Positions 27,703-37,962 of a stretch of DNA of 64,000 nt are shown here, piece by piece. The notes under the pieces were generated by a model. The model was not told where the DNA came from. It searched no databases and worked only from the letters and a program-made list of their open reading frames with translations. Made by a program: the position numbers and the translations under genes. The stretch is from Antedon mediterranea (taxonomy: Eukaryota; Animalia; Echinodermata): assembly GCF_964355755.1 (NCBI RefSeq), contig NC_092670.1:18400795-18464794 (forward strand). Reading direction: 5' to 3'. Within the stretch, counting starts at the first letter, position 1; the number at the start of each line of letters is the position of its first letter.

Positions 27703-30296
27703 AGATATCAGATATTGATGACATAATAATAATAAGATTTTTATAGCGCACATACCACTCCAGAGTGCTCAAGCCATGTTGATGTGATGTCATTATATCT
27801 TTGTAGTTGTAAAACCATTTTATGATTTTAATGCATCATTTATGTTCCATATGAATCCGGTTCGCTGGTCGTAGGAACTCCGTAATGATTTTATATACTT
27901 GCACGATTTTCTATCCGGAATCCGGGCCCATTGTGAAGACGTAGATTTAATGGTTACAGGCCTAACGTAATAATCGTTCCTTTCGATAGGTAACCACGAC
28001 ATAACTATATTTTGGTTTTTAATTGAAAATTGTGACCATCTGATGTAATATTATGTCGCGACTTGTAATAATTAAGCGAAGTACATCCGTGGTCACACTA
28101 AGCCCGTCGCAGACGCGGCCTAATTACTTATCCGCGGGGCAGCCGCATTAATTGACGTTTCTGAGCTGGATATGGCGAATTATAATTACTGTAGTCTGTA
28201 TAGGCCTTTTTGTCTTTATTCGTATTGCTGTACAGTATTATACAACAGCAATGATCAGTATTGTAGTGGGGAAGTTTGAAACTTGAAAACAGGACGCTGA
28301 GCTCCAGAGACCAAAGAGGGGTGTATCTGCGCTGCGGCTGCTGCGATACGATCACGCCCCCGCGCAGAATATGTACATATTAAAGTACTGTTGACATAAG
28401 ATCAAAGGAATACGAGTCCCTATATTGGCAAGGCGAGTTCAGTGGTTTGTATAACGCCACTACGTATTCGCGTGAGTGGTCAAATTACCTGCGTTGCACG
28501 CGTAGGTCGTCCTCTAGCATTGCTTCCTAGTGGGAGTGACCATATAAATGACCACGTTTAGTCCGTGTGTTTCAATAATAAATTTGCCGTCTTGTCAGTC
28601 ATTGCAATATTATTATGCTGAAAAAAGCTTACTCCTTTTACAGCGCAATCTTTTCCTGGTATTATATGTAGTTTTCCGAATCGGTAATCTTCGTTCATGT
28701 ACAATCTTGAATAAGGCACGTCGGTATAATCTTTTAAGATTTCGTACTGACCATTCTGTTTTAGTCGATCGTAAACACAGACATATTCAATGCAGGGAGA
28801 TGTAAAATACATCTCCTTGATCAATGGAGTCCGATTTAGTCATTATACAATAGATTGTTATTTAAGCTAGATTTAATCGTAAGGAACCGACTACATGTGT
28901 GGCCGCCCTTCCTAACCCTTCGTAGAATTTTATATTTATAGCACTAACTTTTAAAATAGCGTTGTTAAATGGTGATACTAGGGCGTTTGAGCGAAGTCTA
29001 ATCTTATTGGACCAATAATTTATTGTACGATAATTCGGTCAAACCTTGCATACGGATTAAAATCAATAAAATAGTCATCAATAGAATAAAAGTATGACCA
29101 TGGGGGATTATTAGAAACCTCCATGGTAGGGCACGATTCCCAAAGACCTATAACTGGTCAGTATGGTTTATCCTGTCAGATTAAGTAGGTTTTTAACGAA
29201 CTATAACGTCTCTATGGTCAAGATTACAGGTGGATTATTTATTAATTTTAGTTCAACGGATTTAATTAGGTGAAGTTAGAGGAACACTATTTTTAGAAAA
29301 CTATAGTAATAGTCCTGAACAGGGAGATGAGCGACCCTGCCCACCGATGAGTTTCGGGATCCCTTTGACCCGGAGGGAGAGTACCCGTCAGTGTCCCTAC
29401 CAAGGGTTACAGGTCGCAGGTTTTTAGTTGTTTTAAAATTAATTAGTGTTCTTCTCATCAAAATTAATGTCTCATTGTTGTTAGCTATGCAAACAAGTAA
29501 CAAGTAAGTAAGTAGGCCTAATTGGCGTTTTAGTTTCAAGTTGGATATTGAATGTGTTAGTTATAAGAATACAATTCGATATTTGATAATGATTAGATTA
29601 ATTTTCGATTGTATAGGTCGAATAACTTGATTTCAGTATTTATTGATCATCTGTGTTTATGGAAGTTTCCAATATTTAATCATTACTTTTTACTACACAG
29701 TATAGATCATTTTAATGTGTATTTTGTATTTATTTCTACCGAATTAACCTATTTCTGATCAATGTCGCCCCCTATCACCTTAAAATATATTTTTCAACAG
29801 GGGGCGCTATATATTTATCACGTTTGTATTTGATCATAGTCTGATTTGATTAACATGTCAAATCCTTGCGTCGTACAGTCTCAGTAACTAAATTCTGTTC
29901 AAAATAAATCATCCGAAACTAGGCTAAAATAGGCAGAGTTTAATTTATTGTAAACAACTTAAAATAACCCTAGAATAAAACAGTTGAACGTTGTGTAACG
30001 CCCTCTGTAGTTTGATCTTCTCAGAACTTTTCTTTGAAATTGTTCAGTATTTTTTAAGTGTGAACTAAAAAATCAATATTTATACAAGTGAATATGCATT
30101 TCCTTTAACTGTCTTATGAAGTAATAACACCTGGTAATATTCTTTTTTTTCACGTCGAGTTACTCTAGCTTATTTCTACAATACGATTGAGAGTAATGCT
30201 TGATGCAAACTCGTCACGTGTGATGTTCTTATCCTCAATATATCATTGAAGTATTTCAATTCTTTATATTAAATTATTGGTCTACTAAAACTTAAA

Positions 30297-33233
30297 TTAT
30301 ATTTTCTTTATCATCATTGATGCTTCTTTTAACGAGTAATTATATCCCATGAATTGTTGCCAGACTATGCCTTTTGCGTACTGCGTTGTTCTCCCGCGTA
30401 AATATTGACCGTTCAAGTTACTGTTATGACAACTTGTATACCACCATGCACCTGTGTAGTCACGGGCACAGTTTCCGGTCCATCTATCATTGTCCCGGTC
30501 AAAGGTTGAAAACTGCATCCCGCTGTGCGTACTCAATCCATCACCTGTAATTAAAAGTACTGTAATTTGCATCATTCGTTTTAACATTTTAATTATTATA
30601 TGTAATATATGCAAATATTTGTAGTGCATATAATTAAAAAGTACCTGCATCTCCATGATAACGGCCAACAGTGAGAGTGTAGTTTGTCGCCTCAGACCCA
30701 ACAAAAACTACGTCATAGAAAGCATAGGCATGGGTACCTGCCCAGTTCATCAATTCCACCCTAAGCCTGTAACGCTCCTGTTGTATGATGTTGTGAAGGT
30801 TTTCTAGGCCTAACCAATGTTCTGCTCCGGTGATACCAAATCCCTCTTTGTATGACTGCCAGTCGCGGACGAAGTTGATACCTCCATCAATTCGTCGCTG
30901 AAACACCTTATTTGGAAATAAAAGAGTGGAGATATAAAATACGTGTTTATTATGATAATCATATGATGACGAATAGTGAGAGAAAATATTTAATTGTCAG
31001 ATGGGCTAAGTCCTCTTCCGCCCCTTTTAAAGGTGAGAATGAGGAGAAAGGAATTTGTAGGAAATGTTTCCAAAACTTGTTTAAAAAATGAGATTAAGAT
31101 GTTTTACAAAATGTTGATGGCGTTGGAGCTGCATTAAATAAAAATACACCGGTAAATAATGCTTTCCGAGTTGTGTTACTCACTCATGTACAAGGTCATT
31201 GTCATTTATTTAATCCCTGTATACATATTACAAAAAAACCTTGTCATATGAGTTAATGTTGAGATTGGGCATGTATCTGAAATGGTCTAGGCCTATAAGT
31301 TGAGTCGATGTAATAGGATGTCTGCACTGAATGTCTGTATCGGTTAACCTCTAGCCAACTAGCTCCATAAAGCCTGGTTGCGAATTCCCATAAACCAATA
31401 CTTTTTATTTGTACAAATAAAATCTTCCGGTGGAAGGGTTTAAGCAAGTTGATCATAATTCTAGTGAGTTGAGATTGTGGCAGTAGCTTGGTTCACACAC
31501 AAGGACGTAAACGCAACGCAAGTAATTTGACCAATCACACAAGCAATGGATTATTCGCTATCGCTTGTCATTTGGTCAACTCGGCTAATTTGCGATTACG
31601 TGGTTGTTGTGTTACGTTCTAGTGGGAACCAAGCTTTAGTGGAAGAATTATTAAATAGGTTGAGTAATAATTGATACTAACAGTCCATCCACCACCGTCT
31701 TGCTGCTGTTCGCAGTACACTCTCGTTGGTTTGCACTCATTTACTGAACATGGATATACTGTGTAAACTCCGTTTACTCCTCCACCTGTATCCCGGATGT
31801 CTTCACAGTCACGTGGTAGTGGAAACATTGCTATGGAAAAGTAGAATGTGCAGTTATGAATTAATTTGTTTACATATTCAATATGGATTCTAGAACTTGT
31901 TAGGAAAACGTTTTATATTGAAAACAGAATTATTATACTATAAGTAATAGGTGACATTGCAAATAGCTAGTTCCTTCACATGAAAAACGATTCCAGAAAT
32001 ATAACAACGAAACTATAACAAGAAAGTTTCGTTCTTGTCTATTGACGTCAGTGTTGAATATTATTACAACTGTTGTTTCATTTGTGGAGATTATGAATTT
32101 AGACTTGGATAAACTAGAAAGGTCAAACGCTACTGTGGACGTCTGCCGGCATTATATGGCAGTCATGCGCAGTAGTTATATACGATTATACGATTTTTTA
32201 AGTTTTTGCAGAATTGATATGCAAATTTGACAAAATGAGCAAGTACTGTGCTTACTGAAGCTTGGTTTCCCACTAGGACGCAACGCAAGAACAAAAGCGC
32301 AACGCAAGAACAAAAGCGCAACGCAAGTAAATTGACTAATCAAGTGGTGGATTATTCTAATTACGTCTTAGTTACGTTACGTCCTAATGGGAACCAATGC
32401 ATATTACGTACTAGTTCTAGTTCTACATTAATGTGTTGTGTTTATTTTCGGTATTTGTTCTGTTACGGTCGGTTCTTTCCACTTTTCTTATTATTTTATT
32501 GAAAGGATGGTTCAATATGTAGGTCATGTCCTTCTTTATGTGATTCTAATTACAGACCAAATTATAACAAACAATATTTAAACAATCTCTTGATTGGAGA
32601 CTAAACAGTGCTGCAAACATCGCAGATTGATTTCACACAGACAGTTCTTCTTACATACATTATGACAATACTGTAACGTACAGTGAAAGTCAATGAATGA
32701 ATGATTCAGATACGGTTGTTTATCACTGTTTAATACCAACGTCATTGGGTGTGGTGTGCCATTGCAATTAAATTATAATAATTGATAATATATTATAATA
32801 ATTAAATTCATTAACTACAAATCCGTGGGTCAACGAATTAGTGTCGTTACGTAAGCGGTATGTGTCCACAAGCATAATAGTCTGAGAAATACGTAAATTA
32901 ATTCAGATTTGTTCAAAGTGTTGAGTTAACTACTTTGATTCCTTATTTTAATTTAAAGTAGTTTTAGTGATTGTATTTATATTTTTACTGTTATCACTGT
33001 ACGTTTAAATCGAAGATGACCTACCGTAACTGCAGCTGACATGACACGAAATGTCAAATATGATATAAAAATGATATATTGAATCTTGCAAGTTACTTAC
33101 CACCTAAAGGACCCCATACTCTTGGGCAGCACTCCCATGTCCTCCAATATGGCGTCGTTGTATTTTGGTGACATGCTACCAGGTTAAAGACAGCAAACAA
33201 GAGGAGAACAGCTACCATCACGTTCGCGGCCAT
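30297..33233 (-). CDS. Secreted fibrinogen C-terminal domain (FReD; ficolin/tachylectin-5/MFAP4-like) protein A, 263 aa; exons 33233-33101, 31830-31682, 30906-30645, 30544-30297
   Basis: Signal peptide MAANVMVAVLLLFAVFNLVAC. FBG motifs PRDC, VYC, GGWTVFQRR, FxRxWxxYKxGFG, HWLGLE, FSTFDRDND, GAWWYxxCHxSNLNG. GT-AG introns; 792 nt in frame. Confidence 0.93.
31485..31635. mobile_element. ~140-150-bp palindromic MITE family (AAGCTTGGTTCCCACTAG...CTAGTGGGAACCAAGCTT)
   Basis: Inverted ends plus internal ACGCAACGCAAG and TTGACCAATCAC/ATTGGTCAA. Further copies at 32258-32400, 37593-37730 and 43611-43748; partial copies at 13665-13745, 16275-16390 and 28465-28535. Confidence 0.75.
32258..32400. mobile_element. 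Copy of the ~140-bp palindromic MITE in FReD A intron 1
   Basis: AAGCTTGGTTTCCCACTAGGACGCAACGCAAG...GTCCTAATGGGAACCAA with an internal 19-bp duplication. Confidence 0.7.
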
Positions 33234-34496
33234 GATTGCTAGTTGAAATCGTTTTACGTACAAGCCGGCTCTTCAAGACACCGCTTCAATTGGACGCCAC
33301 CCAAACTCGCGTAGGAAGACCGTAACATACATTTCCGCTGTGACAAATACTCTATCCAATCAAGGCAATTTCTTTTTCCTGTCCGCGCTTAGTCACTTTT
33401 GTGACTTTTGTTAAAGTAGTCCCTTGAATTTACAATCTTCATCCGACTTTTCCACAAGATTTAATTTAGAGTGGTAATTTGATTATAAAACACTACCGCA
33501 ACGTTTATATTTTTGGATAATGTTTTCCATTGTGTTAACAAAGAAAGTAACCATTCTAACTGTCTTTAATAAATTCCTGCCGACGTAAATGTGACTTCAA
33601 TCTCATATTTACAAACGATAATTTTAGTGAAAATGTAGAATATAATGGTTATGATAAATTTAATTAATGAAAATATTTAAATCCTTGTAAATATCATACT
33701 GTTTCAATTTTGTCATTTATAGAAAATCAAGAATATTTGTTATTCTAAAAACGTAATTCAAGTCATACACTTTCAATTATAAACTTGGATTACTTTCACT
33801 TTTTACTTAATTATTAAATTGATAAAATTATTTTCTTTTTATGACAAAATCATTCATATAAATGTTTATTTATTTCCATTTATTATATCATTTGTATATA
33901 ATACATAGAAAAGGTGTTTTTCTTTTAGATAATTTGTAGGTCTACAAAAACATTCTTTCTCATTCTGACCAACTTTACTCGACAAAAACTTAACCACACT
34001 TTTTTATAAGGATATTAGCACTTTACTTTTAATTGACGTCAAAATATACTCCTTGTACTTCCTTAAAAAGCTAAATTTAACTTGGTGTTGTAGGTTACTC
34101 ACTTACGTTTAGTCATTTTTAAACTACTGAATTCTATTTAATTACAATAATGTATCTTCATCTGTAGTGAGTGTATGAAGATATTTGATCATGTTTTTAT
34201 GTCAATTTAAATGCCAATTATATGAGTATTCCCATACTTACGTCATTTGTTGATGAAACAATGTGTGATGATGTTCCATTTTAGATTATTATAACTTGTT
34301 GCTAAAATTGTACAATCCTTGAAATCATAATTTAGCAATTTAAATTGCCATTTTTTCCATCGTTATCGAATAGTGTTGTCGTGTTCTTATTGTGCCGCCA
34401 CGTTTCATCATCACGTTGTGTCCTTTTTTAGTACAATTGTCAATGTCATCAATAATCATCAGATTTATCATTGTCTCTTTTAGTGTTATTATTAGT

Positions 34497-34595
34497 ATTC
34501 ATCATCATCATGATCATCATCAGATTCATCAACATCATCATCATCATTTTCATCACCATCATATCATTATCAATATCATCATCATCATCATCATT
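34497..34595. repeat. (CAT)n microsatellite
   Basis: Imperfect CAT run; source of a spurious poly-His ORF. Confidence 0.85.
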
Positions 34596-35005
34596 AACTA
34601 CCAAAGAAAGCTAGAAGTCAGAACAAATATAGTTTAACACAATGGTTTACATTTATTTCTTGGAAATAAAATTTACAAAACGTTTCTTCTGACCTCCATC
34701 CGGGTGACTTGAAACACACTAAACTTTGTTTCACCCCGTCCATCACCATAGATACGTATTTATATAATTTCTAACTGGCTTTATTTCAACTCGGAACTTT
34801 TTTAGTCAATGAAAATTAAAAATTGAAGTAAGTCCAGGAATTTCTCCTCTATATTCATTGACGGTCGAACTTTATTTGACGTGCTATATATTTAGATTGT
34901 GGGATATCCCGTCTCCTCAATTGTCAATAATGGTCCAATTCTGTTACTCAATAGTTGTGTTAATGTATACTGTAAATACTAGTAAAGTTATTATTGGTAA
35001 ATAGA

Positions 35006-36757
35006 TTACATTGGTCTTATTTTCATTTGTGCAAATTTCAGAGAGTAGTTGAACCCTCTCCATTGTACCCAGATGATTCCCTTTCCATACTGGTTGTTTC
35101 TTCCTCTCAGATAAAGGCCATTGAGATTGGCGTGGTGACATGTTCGGTACCACCAAGCTCCAGAATACTGCTCTGCGCAATTTCCGGTCCATGCGTCGTT
35201 ATCACGGTCAAAGGTCGAGAAAGGTTGACCTCTGTGTAAAGCCATAGCATCCCCTAAAAATATGAAAAAAAATAATAATATATTTCTTAAAAAGATGGTG
35301 ACCTTTTGCAGATACATTATAATATTTCCATTTCTTTATCTATCTTTCTTTAATGTGATGTTGGCCTGCACTGGTATCACATGTGGAAACAAGTAAAAAG
35401 TTCAAACAAAACTACCAAGTTTCGAGCAGAATTTTGTTTAAGAAACTGATTGATATTGTGATTTAGAAAAAAGAATTGATAATTTTTTCCTTTCTATTTT
35501 AAAATAAAAAGTTACCTGCATTTCCGCCGTGGTAACGCCCTAGACTCATAGTATAATTGGTTTCTTCACTTCCAACTCTGAAGAAAGTATACATAGCCTC
35601 TCGTCGCTCGCCCCTAAAATCTTCCAACTCGACCCAGAGCTCATATCGCCCTTGATGTGTAATCTTGTGGATATTTTCAAGGCCTAACCAGAAGTCTCCG
35701 CGTAGTGTTCCAAATCCGTACTTGTACTCTTCCCAGCCTCGGATGAAATTTACGTTCCCGAACCTACGACTTTGGATAACCTACGGACACAATGTATCGT
35801 ACAGTATTGTAATTGTGTCATTCAATTATTATATAAAGTACAATGCTAAGATGAAAGCAAGATGAAAGATAACACGTACATTTGTCAATTTCATTTGTTT
35901 ATCGTAAGAACAATTTAGTTTATTTAGTTTGAGTTCATACGAACATTTTTGTAAATAATTCTAGTCTAAAAAGTCTATAAAGCATACTAGATTTAATTTA
36001 CTTTGTGACTTAGATTCTAAAATGTTAATAGTACTGTATAGTTATAAAGCTTACCGTCCAACCGCCGCCATTATTGTCATGCTGGCAGTATACTTGAACC
36101 GGGTCACATGAATTGACGTCCTGGGTATAGATGGTAAATGGTCCATTGATACCCCCTCCCTGTAAACGAATGTCATCACAGTCCCTTGGTAATGGAAATA
36201 GAGCTGAAAAATGTAAATATAGAACATTACTTGTACATTGTTAGTACGTTAGAAAAATTGCAAAATATACCTACGTTCTCGGTTTCTCTCCACGCCACAA
36301 GATACTTTCTTCGCTTTGTATACGCGCGCATGTATTTACTTACTATGATGAGTTATCTTTAAAACATAATAAAAGTTATGGCCACCTCGTAAAATCAATT
36401 ATGACAAATTCGTTTCACTACTAGATAATTTGAAAGGGGAAATAGAGAATTTCACCCTTCTGCGCTATATTCGAGGACTGCGCAACTAAGACATTTCGCC
36501 AGTTACGAGAGATACTAGCACTTTACGTAATTTAAAAAAACCCGTACATCTTCATCCATGTGGACGCGTGCGTCTCTTTGTGTGCGCTTCCGATACCGAT
36601 TGTAAAGTTATAAATAATACAAAACAAACTTATACGCACATCCTAATCTGGTCCAAGATTGCGGACAGCAATGTAACGTATCCACATTTGGATTCGTAAT
36701 TTGACCCGCACATAATCCAAAGAGAAGGACCGAAATCAGAGCTACAACCGGCGCCAT
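35006..36757 (-). CDS. Secreted FReD protein B, 259 aa; exons 36757-36640, 36203-36055, 35780-35516, 35253-35006
   Basis: Signal peptide MAPVVALISVLLFGLCAG, then [54 protein letters not shown]. Same intron positions and phases as gene A; 780 nt in frame. Confidence 0.92.
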
Positions 36758-37592
36758 GTTCTTTCACAAGGAGTAGTCCTTCTTTGCTGCAAGTTTTACC
36801 AACCGGCGTTTCTAGGCGAGTAAAATTTCATTCAGTACGGTCGTGCTGACGGTGAACATTTAATTGGTAAATTGGCAGAATCCGAAAGAGTACAGTCACA
36901 TCCTGCCGGTGACCTATGCGTCTCATGAAGCGAGTAAGAATACAGAAGTACTTTGCTGGATTGTAATCGTATAATAAATAGGTCTGTAGCCTTATTAGCA
37001 ATGAAACACATGCGTATACAATATTATAAGTAATTGATTATTATCAACACTTTATATAATATAGGTTAATTTACCGCGATTATATAGTAAGCCAAATTAA
37101 CCTATTTGGTTTTTAAAACATGATTAAGAAGTTATACAATACAACTACTTATAATATCTTATGAACTAACTTACTGTACTGCCATTTTTGTGTTTAAAAA
37201 AGCAATTTTCGATTTGTGTTTAGAATTGAAATGTAAAAAAACTAAATAAACTTTATACTGAATTGTACAGCCCATTATGTGTAGGATATATATTTGAAAC
37301 TTTTTAAGGACATTCCATTTTCTTTGAGGTTAAAACGCTTTTGGTCTAAGAGGATGTGTACACTGCTCAACAATTGTGAAATAGGATTTTTTTAAACTGT
37401 TTTTTTATTCTATGTGCTTAAATGATTCTCCCATTTTCTGTCTAGTCCAGTTTTCCATTGTGAAAGCTTAGCGACATAGGCCTACTCCAAGGCTAATCCT
37501 AGGAAACAGGTGCAACTATCTTCGTCATGTATAAATAAGGGGAAAGATTGTGGATATGGATGTGAATATATGGATCAGCAATGTGTGGCATT

Positions 37593-37730
37593 AAGCTTCG
37601 TTCCCACTTAGACACAACGCAATGACGTAAGCGCATCGCAAGAAATGTTACCAATCACGACGCGATGGATCGTCTGAACTGTTGCTTGTGATTGGTCAAC
37701 TAATCCTACGTCCTAGTGGGAACCAAACTT
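37593..37730. mobile_element. Copy of the ~140-bp palindromic MITE between FReD B and C
   Basis: AAGCTTCGTTCCCACTTAG...CCTAGTGGGAACCAAACTT. Confidence 0.7.
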
Positions 37731-37962
37731 TACATCACATCTCTGAAAGTAAACATTACTTTAGATGATAATATTTTAAATAGTTCTATAAAACTGTGTC
37801 TACAGGCTCTTTTAAATTTTTTACTTTCGCTCTTTTTTTTTCGGACGGCCGTTGGTGCAAATTAGAGATTTAAATCCCTTTTTGTAAAATGGACTAGTCT
37901 CTAACTTTTCCAAAATAAACTCTGTATGTTAGAGCTCCCCACTTGGTACAGCTGATGAAGTG

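Noticed and set aside
34392-34637. Poly-His/Ile ORF
   Set aside because: Derived from a (CAT)n repeat; no splice or domain support.
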